Positions 37,180-47,669 of a stretch of DNA of 64,000 nt are shown here, one piece after another. The stretch is from contig CBDCJV010000002.1 of the NCBI GenBank assembly GCA_965217895.1, forward strand, positions 4,800,001 through 4,864,000, written 5' to 3'. Below the pieces are notes generated by a model that was given only the letters and a program-made list of their open reading frames with translations, did no database searches and was not told the DNA's origin. Within the stretch, counting starts at the first letter, position 1. The number at the start of each line of letters is the position of its first letter. This DNA is from Waterburya sp. GTDB taxonomy: Bacteria; Cyanobacteriota; Cyanobacteriia; Cyanobacteriales; Xenococcaceae. The translations under genes and the position numbers were made by a program.

Positions 37180-39561
37180 CTAAGCTTCATTTGTATAATA
37201 AGACAACTTTTGATCGAGTCTTTGTTGAGCTTCTATCAATGACTCAAAAACTTCACATCCATTCACATTGCGATCGCTTACCATATTTTCTTTAGCAAAC
37301 CCGTCTGGATGTCGGAAGTAGCTAATCAGACTAACTCCAAGATTAGGAGCTTCAAAGAACAAAACTGGAAGCATATCCTCATCTGGAACGTAAAATCCAA
37401 ACTTTTCCATAGCTTCGTCTGCAACCTCTTCGCCAACTAAATCTGAGCCTGCAAAAATAACTTTGCTACCAGGAAATATCATCGTGTTGATAAAAATTTC
37501 ATCAAGAGCATACCAGTCTTCTAGAGTTGCACTTTTCGTTAGTTTTGTCCATTCATGTTTAGACTCCAACAAATGTAAAAAAGGCTCGTATACTCTATAT
37601 TCTGGATGCCAATTTTCACTTTTATTAATTAGCAACATTTGAAAATACCAGCCTCTCCGTCGTTCACGAAAGAGCATATTAAACTGATTTTTATCATTCT
37701 GCTTCTGCCAGAATATTAAACGTACTGGTTCTCCATATATGTATTCACAAAATTGAGAAAAATTATGGCTCATTTCTTCATAACTATTATCTTCATAGTT
37801 ATCTGGACTAGATGGAAGTGGTTCAACAAAATTGTCTTCTTTTATGTCGTTTAATTGCCAAATTAGTTTTAATGTTTTAACTAAATGTATTTGTCTGGTT
37901 TTGACTATTTCTGGTGTCCATTCTTGCTCTTTCAAGACTTGCACTGTCAAAGCAAATGTAGAAACTGGACTATTAAAATACTTCTCTTTCTTTGATTGGA
38001 AGTCATAATTATTTGCAGAACTATTTTTCTGGCGAGAAAGCAAAATCAAATTTCCCAAACAGTGTAAATATTTTTCTTTTTCTTCTATAGAAAACCAATT
38101 TAACCACTGACTATCAAATTTAGGATTTTGAGGAAGAATATGTTCAATGGTAATTTTTCTATAACCATCGTAGTTAGGATTACCATCGGAAATAGCACTA
38201 TCAAGACGCAAGAGAATATACAATCTTGCATTACGAGCTTTGTAAGTATTGTAAATATCTCCATTAAGGCGATCGCAAATTTCTTGTTCTTCTTCTGATT
38301 CTAATTGCAGTGGCGAATAATAAGCAAATAAGTTACCGTTGCTTTCAATTACCTTAATAATATCTGCATAACGTTTAATACGTTTATCAATATTAGCTTT
38401 CAAAATCATCAAACCAGCAGCTAAACGTTCTAAATAAGTAAAGAATTTTAGTAATTGTTCTGGCTCGTGGCGATATTTCGTAAGATATAAAATTCCTGGT
38501 GCAATCCAGTCGAAATGACCTATTCTTTGTAACCAGCGAAATAATTGATTGATTTTTGATGAGTTTATCGTACTAACAAAAGTACAGTTTTTAATATTTT
38601 CTAATGCTTTAGCATAGGGTTCTATAACCCTATCAATCAAATAGCATGGAACTTTATTCTCTTCTAGTTCTAATACGTAAGTCCGAAAACTCTTAAGCAC
38701 TGATGACTCTAGTTTATTCTGAGCATAAATCATCCGAATATGAGAAAAAAGCTCGGTAAAATCTTTTCTACCCAATAATTGTTCTAAATCTTCCCATTTG
38801 CGAGTATATTTTTCTTCCTGTTCTTTATATTGGGATAACTTACCAATCACATCAGCTTTTAAAATATCTGTAATCGATAAATCTAAACCGCGATCATTTA
38901 GTACAGAGAAGATTTTATAAGCAGAATCAAAATCTGGGGTGTGAACTATGACTAAATAGCAGCGTTGCAAGAGAAATTGAGTTAAACGTAACTTTTGCGA
39001 TTCTTCTGGTAATTCTGCTGCAATTCTATCAAGTAATAAACGAGTATTTTCAACGATATTACGTTGACTGTCAGAAAGCGAATCTGAATGAATCTTTTGT
39101 AGTCTTTCTATACCATTTGCTTTTTGAATATACTCTTCAAAAAAATCGCGATCGCGTTCTCTTAACTTCAATCTAGGACGCTCAGGAGTTGCTTCAAATA
39201 TATCTTCTGGTTGACAAATGTATTTAGTCAAAGAGTTAGTCAAAGCATCATCTTTCAGTAGCTTTTTTAAAACCGCAAAAAGTATCGTGAGAGTCGTCAA
39301 TCTCTGTTGTCCATCAACGACCTCAGATTCCGATTTATCTATCGGCTTGATTAAAACAACATTGCCCAAAAAGTAAGGAGGAATTTTATTAATATCTGTT
39401 GATTCATCTTCTAGCGCGTCAATAAGATCTATGAGTAACTGTTCTGTTTCTTCAGTTGTCCAAGCATAGGGACGTTGATAATTGGGAATGTTGAAAACAA
39501 AATTGTCACTAAAGACTTTTCTAATTGGATATCCCGCCCCTTCAATGGTAATCGCTGTCAT
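37180..39561 (-). CDS. GmrSD-family (DUF262-DUF1524) type IV restriction-like nuclease with extra C-terminal region
   Basis: IPNYQRPYAW, VVDGQQRLTT, FSVLNDRGLDL (DUF262); IEHILPQ, LGNLILL..N (DUF1524 HNH). Confidence 0.88.
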   Translation of the reverse strand: MTAITIEGAGYPIRKVFSDNFVFNIPNYQRPYAWTTEETEQLLIDLIDALEDESTDINKIPPYFLGNVVLIKPIDKSESEVVDGQQRLTTLTILFAVLKKLLKDDALTNSLTKYICQPEDIFEATPERPRLKLRERDRDFFEEYIQKANGIERLQKIHSDSLSDSQRNIVENTRLLLDRIAAELPEESQKLRLTQFLLQRCYLVIVHTPDFDSAYKIFSVLNDRGLDLSITDILKADVIGKLSQYKEQEEKYTRKWEDLEQLLGRKDFTELFSHIRMIYAQNKLESSVLKSFRTYVLELEENKVPCYLIDRVIEPYAKALENIKNCTFVSTINSSKINQLFRWLQRIGHFDWIAPGILYLTKYRHEPEQLLKFFTYLERLAAGLMILKANIDKRIKRYADIIKVIESNGNLFAYYSPLQLESEEEQEICDRLNGDIYNTYKARNARLYILLRLDSAISDGNPNYDGYRKITIEHILPQNPKFDSQWLNWFSIEEKEKYLHCLGNLILLSRQKNSSANNYDFQSKKEKYFNSPVSTFALTVQVLKEQEWTPEIVKTRQIHLVKTLKLIWQLNDIKEDNFVEPLPSSPDNYEDNSYEEMSHNFSQFCEYIYGEPVRLIFWQKQNDKNQFNMLFRERRRGWYFQMLLINKSENWHPEYRVYEPFLHLLESKHEWTKLTKSATLEDWYALDEIFINTMIFPGSKVIFAGSDLVGEEVADEAMEKFGFYVPDEDMLPVLFFEAPNLGVSLISYFRHPDGFAKENMVSDRNVNGCEVFESLIEAQQRLDQKLSYYTNEA

Positions 39562-39802
39562 ATTTGTTCCAGGAATTCTGCTTAATTTATCTCTATAAAT
39601 TAGATTTCCCTAAAAAGAACTAAATGAAACAGTCTTATCTTGCCGATATTCTAATTACTTTATGATTAGCTACTTATAAAAAAATTAGTGTAAGAACCAA
39701 ATCTGTTTTTTACTCAGGTTGAGTTCGCATTATTAAATTGTTTTAAATTAAAATTGAGTCTAATTTTAAAGCAATTATCTTGAGTTACTATTTATACAAC
39801 CG

Positions 39803-41530
39803 ATGACTATATCAGTGCCTTCTCGCTCTCGCGCCCAAGAATCTAGAGCAGCGATTGAGCGAATTTATGTAATTATGCGCCATTTGTTTGTGCGTGGACA
39901 TTATAAGCCTGGTGGTGTTTCGGGTTCGGCTTTGAGTGAGGCTTTGCTAACTTTGCAGCCCGAAATTTATGGTTCAATGGCTGATACAGAAAAAGTAGAG
40001 CTTGACGGACTGGCTTATGTAACTGCTCGTTTACCAAAAGGGATTGAAAAGTGTCGTTTCATTAAGCTAATTGCAGCCGAAGGCTATAACAATTCCAGTT
40101 TTGAAAAAATTGTTCCTGCCAAACGTCGTCGCAATTGCTATCGAGTTGATGAAGAAACAATGTTAATTGAGGTAACTAGAGGGCGTAGCGAAATTTATGA
40201 TATTCTTACCCATCTTACTTTTATTTATATCGAAGCCGATAAAATTAGGGCGCACGCTTTAGATGATGGTCATCCTACCCAAGAGTGGCTCAAGTTAGAA
40301 AAAATAGTTTTAGAGTATTCAGCAGGTTCTTCTATTGAGGAGGCTGAAATTAGAGAACAGGCTATTTCTTACACCAGCACTTTATTAGGTCGCACTTTTG
40401 AAGAGACGCTAGCAGCAGAGCGTCGGTTTTTCCAAGGCGAACCCTACAATAACAGTTTATTTCAAATAGTTTACTGGTTGGGAAGAGTCGCAATCGAAGA
40501 AATGCAGCAGAAGCGCGATCGCCAGGTTACCTTTAGTTCAGCATTACGAGAACGTATCGGTAATCATATCCACGGCGAAAAATGGGCAACTGAGGTAAAG
40601 AAGTTTCTCTGGTCACATAATTTATGGCAGCGTCCTTTACATATTATTAGTGCTAATTTGCACAGTATTCTTAATTGTCTTTATGCCTTTCCGGCATTAA
40701 AACAGACGCTAGAAAAAGAAGAAACCATCGAAAAAATTGCTAGTGAGCTTAGTCTGCCCGAAAATGCCACCCTCAATCAAGAAGTACTGGAATTTGCGCT
40801 ACAGAAGGGAATGTATTTTCTCGAAGATCGAGCGGGGACAAATATTCATGTGCAGATTTTTGATATTTCTTTATTACCTCTAGATCTGCTTTCCCCTGAA
40901 TTAAAAGTAAATCGAGCTTTGGTAGAAGCACAACCAGTAATTCTCGTGATGGATTATGCTTTTGGCGAACAAGCCTTTGAGCTTTTTGATGAGTTGCTCA
41001 AGCCTTATAAAACTGAGGGAATATCTCAAAAACTAAATCTTTACTCAATTTCCGTGATGGGTAAAGCAGGAACTTTAGTCGGCAACAGGGGAGATTTAAT
41101 GTTGCCAACAGCTCATATTTTTGAAGGTACAGCCGACAATTATCCTTTTGATAATGACATGAGCCAGTCAGACTTTGAACAAGTAGAAATCCCTGTTCAC
41201 GAAGGAGCTTTGTTGACCGTTTTGGGAACATCTCTGCAAAATGCCGATGTCTTAGAATATTTTAGAAGTTCTTCTTGGAATGTTGTCGGTTTGGAGATGG
41301 AAGGAGCGCATTTACAAAAGGCAATTCAAGCAGCAGCAAAGATTCGTAAGAGCATTAATGAAAATGTCATCTTGCGATACGTTTACTATGCTTCGGATAA
41401 TCCCTTGATGACTAATGCTACATTAGCATCAGGAAGCCTGGGACAAAGCGGAGTCAAGCCTACTTATGCGATCGCTCTAAAGTTTCTGCAAAAGATCTTG
41501 GGTCAGAAAAATAATCATTTCATGTCGTAA
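39803..41530 (+). CDS. Conserved hypothetical protein (DUF6909-like) with nucleoside phosphorylase/hydrolase-like C-terminus
   Basis: MGKAG, GLEMEG, ASDNP resemble PNP/UDP-fold motifs; family label from memory. Confidence 0.6.
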   Translation: MTISVPSRSRAQESRAAIERIYVIMRHLFVRGHYKPGGVSGSALSEALLTLQPEIYGSMADTEKVELDGLAYVTARLPKGIEKCRFIKLIAAEGYNNSSFEKIVPAKRRRNCYRVDEETMLIEVTRGRSEIYDILTHLTFIYIEADKIRAHALDDGHPTQEWLKLEKIVLEYSAGSSIEEAEIREQAISYTSTLLGRTFEETLAAERRFFQGEPYNNSLFQIVYWLGRVAIEEMQQKRDRQVTFSSALRERIGNHIHGEKWATEVKKFLWSHNLWQRPLHIISANLHSILNCLYAFPALKQTLEKEETIEKIASELSLPENATLNQEVLEFALQKGMYFLEDRAGTNIHVQIFDISLLPLDLLSPELKVNRALVEAQPVILVMDYAFGEQAFELFDELLKPYKTEGISQKLNLYSISVMGKAGTLVGNRGDLMLPTAHIFEGTADNYPFDNDMSQSDFEQVEIPVHEGALLTVLGTSLQNADVLEYFRSSSWNVVGLEMEGAHLQKAIQAAAKIRKSINENVILRYVYYASDNPLMTNATLASGSLGQSGVKPTYAIALKFLQKILGQKNNHFMS

Positions 41531-43023
41531 CCAAATAAATTGGCATCTACTTCTTGTAAATCAATATCTCCTAAACCGTATTCTTGCCAACGTCTAGTTA
41601 CCATCGCCTCCGTATCGGCATCAGATTCAAGCGGTTTACCCCATTCATGGTCAGTTTCAGGGGAAATTTTGGTAGTGGCATCTATACCCATGCGTCCGCC
41701 TAAACCTATTTTCTCACTGGCAAAATCTAGGGTATCAAAGGGAGTATCAGGCAAAATAAAGACATCACGGCAAGGATCGACTTTAGAACTAATTGCCCAA
41801 ACTACCTGACGCGGATCGCGGACATTAATATCTTTGTCTACCACAATCACAAACTTAGTATAGGTAAATTGAGGTAACGCACTCCAAAAAGCCAAGGCTG
41901 CCCTGCGGGCTTGTCCAGGATAAGCTTTATCAATGGAGATAATCGCTGCTTTGTAGCTTAAAGCCTCCATGGGTAGGAAGAAATCGACTATTTCTGAGAC
42001 TTGCTGGCGTAAAATAGGGGTATAAATCCGATTAAGCGCGATCGCCATCATCGCTTCTTCTTTGGGGGGACGACCACTAAAAGTAGTGAGATAGATCGGA
42101 TCTTTACGGTGAGTCATACAGTGGAAACGCACCAGGGGCGAATCTTCCACACCGCCGTAATAGCCCATGTGATCGCCAAAAGGACCGTCGGGCAACATTT
42201 CTCCTGGTGTAATTGTCCCTTCTAAAACAAATTCGGCATCTGCTGGCACTTCTAGATCGACGGTTTTACATTTAGCTAGTTTAACGCCACTACCGCCATA
42301 CAACCCTGCAAACAACCACTCAGACAGATCGACGGGAATGGGTGTGGCTGCTGCCATGATAATCATCGGATCGACTCCTAAGGCGATCGCAATTTCTAAT
42401 TTTTTACCTGCTTCGGCTGCTTTACGCAGGTGTCTTGCTCCACCCCGCACCGATAGCCAGTGAACCGTCATGGTAGTTTTAGACTGTAGCTGGAGTCGAT
42501 ATACTCCCACGTTAGGCGTACCAGTTTCTATATCTTTAGTAATTACCAAACCCAAGGTGATAATTTTGCCCCCATCTCCACTGTAAGGACGGATCATCGG
42601 CACTTTATTTAAGTCTACTTCTTCTCCTTCTAGGACTACCTGATGACAGGGAGGAAAGAAATCTCGTCCTGGCTTGGCTTTTAAAACATCGAACAGCACC
42701 TTGCCAAAATCTACGGCTTGCTTGATTTTCTTAGGTGGCTTAGGTTGCTGTAGCATGGCTAGCTTTGACCCCAAAGTTTCTAATTCTTCTGGGGCTTCCA
42801 TATTCATTGACCAGCAGATTCGCTCTACTGTACCCATAAGGTTTACTGCTACAGGAAAAGGAGAGCCTTTCACATTCTCAAAAAGTAATCCAGGTCCACC
42901 AGCCTGTAACATTCGATTAGAAATTTCGGCAATTTCTAAATCTGGATCGACCAACGCTGAGATGCGTCTAAGCTGTCCTTTTGATTCTAAAATTTTAATA
43001 AATCCCCGTAAGTCTCTAGCCAT
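41515..43023 (-). CDS. ubiD: UbiD-family prFMN-dependent decarboxylase
   Basis: DLRGFI, NVGVYRLQ, DGPFGDHMGYY, GRPPKE, MGIDAT. Confidence 0.93.
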   Translation of the reverse strand: MARDLRGFIKILESKGQLRRISALVDPDLEIAEISNRMLQAGGPGLLFENVKGSPFPVAVNLMGTVERICWSMNMEAPEELETLGSKLAMLQQPKPPKKIKQAVDFGKVLFDVLKAKPGRDFFPPCHQVVLEGEEVDLNKVPMIRPYSGDGGKIITLGLVITKDIETGTPNVGVYRLQLQSKTTMTVHWLSVRGGARHLRKAAEAGKKLEIAIALGVDPMIIMAAATPIPVDLSEWLFAGLYGGSGVKLAKCKTVDLEVPADAEFVLEGTITPGEMLPDGPFGDHMGYYGGVEDSPLVRFHCMTHRKDPIYLTTFSGRPPKEEAMMAIALNRIYTPILRQQVSEIVDFFLPMEALSYKAAIISIDKAYPGQARRAALAFWSALPQFTYTKFVIVVDKDINVRDPRQVVWAISSKVDPCRDVFILPDTPFDTLDFASEKIGLGGRMGIDATTKISPETDHEWGKPLESDADTEAMVTRRWQEYGLGDIDLQEVDANLFGYDMK

Positions 43024-43090
43024 GTTAAGAAATATAAAGTATTTACTATTAGTCTAGAAGAGTTAGGGATTAATCTCCAATCTCTTTAGA

Positions 43091-43258
43091 CTAGAGATTA
43101 GGAGCTATTTCTTTATTCATCGCATCAATGATGTTGTGTAGAGCTTCAATAAAAGTTCGTTCAGATTTAGAATTCAAAGCGTTGAGTAAGTAAATTCTGC
43201 CACCTTGAGGCTGACAGAGAAACTGAAGCACTTGTTTTTCATTACTTTGCTTAGACAT
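43091..43258 (-). CDS. Small hypothetical protein (55 aa)
   Basis: MSKQSNEKQVLQFLCQPQGGRIYLLNALNSKSERTFIEALHNIIDAMNKEIAPNL*, below the ORF-track cutoff. Confidence 0.4.
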   Translation of the reverse strand: MSKQSNEKQVLQFLCQPQGGRIYLLNALNSKSERTFIEALHNIIDAMNKEIAPNL

Positions 43259-43812
43259 GGGAAAAGTTGACTTTAGTAAGTGTTATTAATAATTAGATAG
43301 TCTCAAATTATCTACTTTTGGTGAGTCATATTTCGTCAGCCATTTGGCTGAAATAAATCCCTAGTTAAAGCTACATTTTTTTATGTTATCTAACCTATGG
43401 TAGATGTTTAAACGGGCATTTTGCAATTCTAATGGAAAAAAATTAAAGGTTTGTTTAGGAAACACGATTAGAACTATCTTTTCAAACAGGCTATCCAAAG
43501 AAATAAACTCTTGATAATCACTAGATAAGATATAGTATGTTCGGTCAAACCATTTGGACAGACTAAAAATCCTCGAAAACAAAATAAGAATTTTGGCTTG
43601 TCTTGCATTCTAAAGCCCGATCTTAAATTGATTGAGACAACATTTCCCTTTAAGGCGATCGCTCTAATCATAGATACATTTTTGCTTTGTTGGTATTGTC
43701 TTGCTAATCTAAGAAACGCTATAGTGCCAATAAAATCTAGTTTCTATATTTATTTTTGGCGAAACATACCCTATAACTACTCGATTATGGATACAATTTG
43801 ATTTAAAAATTA

Positions 43813-44844
43813 ATGAATCTGCGCTTAATTAAATTTTTCTTGCCCTTAGCTGAAGAAAAAAATATAAAACAATTGCTGTCTTCTTATCCTTGGTTAGAAA
43901 CAGAATCTATTTTTAGATCGCAACATCAACTTTTGGTCAACATCTTGCTTGAAGAAAAACAGGTTGAGACGGTAGTTGCCGATTTGAATCATAAATTAAC
44001 ACACCTTCCAAACTTAGAACTACTTCTATTGCCAGTTGAAACCAGATCAAATCAAGTAAATATTCAATCGCCAAAATCCTCCGACCAAGATCGAGACAAG
44101 CCTGTCCATCAACACGAAGTTTACACTCAAATATTTGAAAGCACTCATCTTAATAGCACCGAAGTTTCACTGGTTATTCTGTCTACGGCGATCGCAGCTA
44201 TCGGTTTAGTGGAGGGAAATCAAGTAGTAATTATCGGGGCTATGGTCATCGCCCCTTTACTCAAGCCCAACATGGCATTAGGCGTAGCTACTACTTTTGG
44301 CGATTTATCCTTGGCAGTTAGAACCATACGAGTTGGTTTGACACAAATTTTTATATCTTTGGTACTGTCAATTTTATTAGGTATTTTTGTACCAGTAGAT
44401 TTGGGGATGAAGGAAATTGCCATCCGAACTAGCGTCAATCTTTCAGATGTTGTTTTAGCTTTTGCTTCGGGAGTAGCAGGAGCAATTTCTTTGACAGCAG
44501 GAGAGCAAAAAGCAGTAGTAGGAGTTATGGTTTCAGTAGCACTATTGCCTCCTCTAGTAGTTTTAGGAATGCTAATTGGTTCTCAGCTATGGGGATCTGC
44601 TGTTGAAACCTTTGTTTTAGTGTCTACTAACATTGTTTGTCTAAACTTAGCTGCGATCGCAACTTTTTGGATACGGGATGTTCGTCCCCAGCACTGGTGG
44701 CAAAAATTTCAGGCTAATAAAATAACTGGAATTGCCACTACTTTTTGGGTAATTATTCTGGCTTTATTAATTAGCGTTATTTTTATGTTTCAGTTTAATC
44801 AAGCAAATGCAAGTACTTTCATATTATTCATATTGTCCTGGTGA
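43813..44844 (+). CDS. TIGR00341/DUF389-family membrane protein
   Basis: VIIGAMVIAPLL.P, VGVMVSVALLPP. Confidence 0.85.
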   Translation: MNLRLIKFFLPLAEEKNIKQLLSSYPWLETESIFRSQHQLLVNILLEEKQVETVVADLNHKLTHLPNLELLLLPVETRSNQVNIQSPKSSDQDRDKPVHQHEVYTQIFESTHLNSTEVSLVILSTAIAAIGLVEGNQVVIIGAMVIAPLLKPNMALGVATTFGDLSLAVRTIRVGLTQIFISLVLSILLGIFVPVDLGMKEIAIRTSVNLSDVVLAFASGVAGAISLTAGEQKAVVGVMVSVALLPPLVVLGMLIGSQLWGSAVETFVLVSTNIVCLNLAAIATFWIRDVRPQHWWQKFQANKITGIATTFWVIILALLISVIFMFQFNQANASTFILFILSW

Positions 44845-44918
44845 TTTGATCGCAGTAATATTACTGTTTCCGATTCACGACTGACACAGATATGATTTAC
44901 TTTTAGAGGGTAAATTTT

Positions 44919-46442
44919 ATGCGCATCCTAATTGTAAATCCGCCCCATTTATCAATAGGTAGTCGTATTCCCCGCGAACAATTACCACCATTAGGACTTT
45001 TATGCGTTGGTGGATCTTTGCTAGATGCTGGACATAATGTTACTTTGCTTGATGCCGAAATTGGTCCGCTAACTCATGGTGAGATCGTTCAGCGAGTTGT
45101 TGCTCATTATCCTGAAGTACTTTTAATCGGTCATTCTGGCTCGACCTCAGCCCACCCAATAGTAGTTGAACTGACTCGCTGCTTTCGTGAAGAGTTACCA
45201 GACTTAAAAATAATCTACGGTGGCGTATTTCCCACTTATCATTTCCGCGACGTACTTATTCATGAGCCTCAAATTGACACCATTGTCCGTGGAGAAGGTG
45301 AAGCTACTGTACCCAAACTTATTGCTGCTATTGAAAATAATGAAGATCTTGCTAGTGTAAACGGTATTGCTTTCCACCGTAACGGTCAAATTATTGAAAC
45401 ACCACCTGCACAGATGATTGAAGATCTTGATGCTTATCGTGTTGGCTGGGAATTAATCGACCCCAAACGCTATAGCTACTATGGCGGGAAACAAGCTGTT
45501 GTCATGCAGTTTTCTCGTGGATGCCCTCATCTATGCAATTACTGCGGTCAGCGTGGTTTCTGGGCGCGTTGGCGACATCGTGACCCAAAGAAGTTTGCTC
45601 AAGAAATTGCCTGGCTGCATCGTACTCACGGGGTCGAATTAATCAACTTGGCTGACGAAAATCCGACAGTAAATAAAGCTGTCTGGCGTGAATTGTGTGA
45701 AGCAATTATTGCCGAAAACATCAATGTAACTATTATTGGCTCGACTCGTGCTGATGATATTGTTCGTGATGCGGACATTTTGCACTTATACCGCAAAGCT
45801 GGTGTTGAAAGATTTTTAATGGGAATGGAAAACACCGATGAAGCCACTCTCAAGAAAATTAAGAAAGGAGGTGCAACCCAAAAAGATCGTCAAGCTATTC
45901 GCTTATTACGGCAACACGGCATTCTTTCTTTGGCTACCTGGGTTACAGATTTTGAAGAAATAACCGATCGCGATTTTATCCGTTCTCTAAAACAATTACT
46001 TTGGTACGATCCAGACCAGATTATGACCTTATACGTTACCCCCCATCGTTGGACTAGCTATTATCGTCTTGCAAGCGATCGCCAAGTAATTCAACTCGAC
46101 CAACGGCTATGGGACTACAAACATCAAGTACTCAAGACAGTGAATATGCCACCTTGGCGTATTTTCCTTTGGGTCAAATTTATCGAACTTGTTTTGCAAG
46201 CTAGACCAAAAGCATTGTGGCGATCCTATTTCCAGTCTGATAAAGCAGCCCGACATGGCATGAATTGGTTTACCCGTATGGGAAGAAGGGTTTTATTACA
46301 TGAATGGTGGAATTTCTGCTTTCGCGATCGCCGAGTAAAAGATGGTCCAACTCTAGAGCAATTCTGGGGTGCGCCTCAAGATCATCAAGAGATTCCTCTA
46401 CAGATTCAATCTGAGGATAAACTCGTTGAGTCTTCTAAGTAG
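44919..46442 (+). CDS. B12-binding radical SAM enzyme, BchE-like
   Basis: PPLGL, GG.FPT, VRGEGE (B12-binding region); SRGCPHLCNYC. Confidence 0.85.
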   Translation: MRILIVNPPHLSIGSRIPREQLPPLGLLCVGGSLLDAGHNVTLLDAEIGPLTHGEIVQRVVAHYPEVLLIGHSGSTSAHPIVVELTRCFREELPDLKIIYGGVFPTYHFRDVLIHEPQIDTIVRGEGEATVPKLIAAIENNEDLASVNGIAFHRNGQIIETPPAQMIEDLDAYRVGWELIDPKRYSYYGGKQAVVMQFSRGCPHLCNYCGQRGFWARWRHRDPKKFAQEIAWLHRTHGVELINLADENPTVNKAVWRELCEAIIAENINVTIIGSTRADDIVRDADILHLYRKAGVERFLMGMENTDEATLKKIKKGGATQKDRQAIRLLRQHGILSLATWVTDFEEITDRDFIRSLKQLLWYDPDQIMTLYVTPHRWTSYYRLASDRQVIQLDQRLWDYKHQVLKTVNMPPWRIFLWVKFIELVLQARPKALWRSYFQSDKAARHGMNWFTRMGRRVLLHEWWNFCFRDRRVKDGPTLEQFWGAPQDHQEIPLQIQSEDKLVESSK

Positions 46443-46572
46443 AATTAAAAATATACAGCGCGCGATCGCAACTTCAGATAATTCAAACACAGCAACTATT
46501 ATCTGGAGAGGAAGTGATAAGGTGTTTTTTAGTCCAATAATATGTTGCTAAAACACACCCTACATACACTAT

Positions 46573-47355
46573 CTAATCCTCATGTAGTTCTACTGAACGA
46601 CCATTCAGCGGTTGAATAGGTCTGGCATTGTAGGAATAAATGCTTTCAAAAGTTTTTATTTGTTCTGGCGAAACTTCTATAGGCTCTGACAATATATTCC
46701 AGCTTACCTGTTCACTACAGGGCGGAGTTGTTAACGAACCAGAATAACTGACAAAGGTTTTATCTTTTGGCAACAGTTGGGCAGCATCAAGGGTGATTTT
46801 ATTGCCTTCTGCCCGATCATTGGCAGGGATGGCATTCCAAACGCTGGCAATGATAGGATTTTTTTGTCCTGCATTCATCATTACACCAACTACAGCTAGT
46901 TTTCCTGCTTTATTTTTATGCACAAAGTGCAGTTCCATAGCAGCAGCGTCGCCTTCAATTTCGTGTTCACTAGGAGTATGGAAATGAAACTGTACTAAGT
47001 CGTAAACTTTTCCGTTGATTTTAACCGTACTACCAGGTTCGTAGTTGGCTTGAATAGTATGACCAGTGTTGACTACTTCTACAGTGCTGGGTTGATAGTC
47101 AAATTCAATTGTAGCAGCTTTTCCTTTTTGAGTCGTGGTTATATTAACAGGCGACTGATTAGTACCTGCTTCACAAGACTTGTATTCAGATGATAGTTCA
47201 CCCCAGTGGGTTGGGTTATTAGATCCTCCATATTCCCAATCTGGTTTATTTTCGTCTGCTAATAATGAATTAGGATTAACAATAATCATTGATGTAGCAG
47301 TTAGAAATATCGCACCTGCAAAAAGTTGACGTTGCCACAATTTACTCTTTTTCAT
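46573..47355 (-). CDS. Alpha-class carbonic anhydrase, secreted (EcaA-like)
   Basis: Signal peptide, WEYGG, QSPVNI, QFHFH.PSEH, ELHFVH, GSLTTPPCSE, NARP.Q. Confidence 0.93.
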   Translation of the reverse strand: MKKSKLWQRQLFAGAIFLTATSMIIVNPNSLLADENKPDWEYGGSNNPTHWGELSSEYKSCEAGTNQSPVNITTTQKGKAATIEFDYQPSTVEVVNTGHTIQANYEPGSTVKINGKVYDLVQFHFHTPSEHEIEGDAAAMELHFVHKNKAGKLAVVGVMMNAGQKNPIIASVWNAIPANDRAEGNKITLDAAQLLPKDKTFVSYSGSLTTPPCSEQVSWNILSEPIEVSPEQIKTFESIYSYNARPIQPLNGRSVELHED

Positions 47356-47458
47356 CAGCTTATTTAATAGATTTGAATTGGTATTGATAATAATCTTCAA
47401 TTCAAAATATCACAGAAAGTAGCATTAGAATTTAGTCGGTATTTCCTAGCTTTTGATA

Positions 47459-47610
47459 TATCAACAGTTAAGTAGTTAGACGAGGGAACGCGCAAAAGAA
47501 GCAATTGAAGCAGCTTGAAAACCCCAATTTAGCGTTAACTATCTTAATCTCAAACAAGGGTCTGATGCCTACTTATTTCGTTAACAATCAAATTTTGTTA
47601 GAACCTTTGA
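47459..47610. repeat. Dispersed repeat, copy 2 (most of element A absent)
   Basis: Colinear with 15763-15939. Confidence 0.85.
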
Positions 47611-47669
47611 GATACAGCTATTTTAAAAAGTTGTGTAACAATTATTTACAAGGCTAAATTATTAATAAT

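Noticed and set aside
41540..43057. Antisense and overlapping short ORFs within ubiD (likewise in glgC, aroB, futB, the kinase and others)
   Set aside because: Shadow ORFs of well-supported genes, with no independent motifs.
47634..47650. NtcA site upstream of the Rieske oxygenase (TGTAACAATTATTTACA)
   Set aside because: Spacing is GTA-N9-TAC rather than the canonical N8; it could bind another regulator but that is unsupported.
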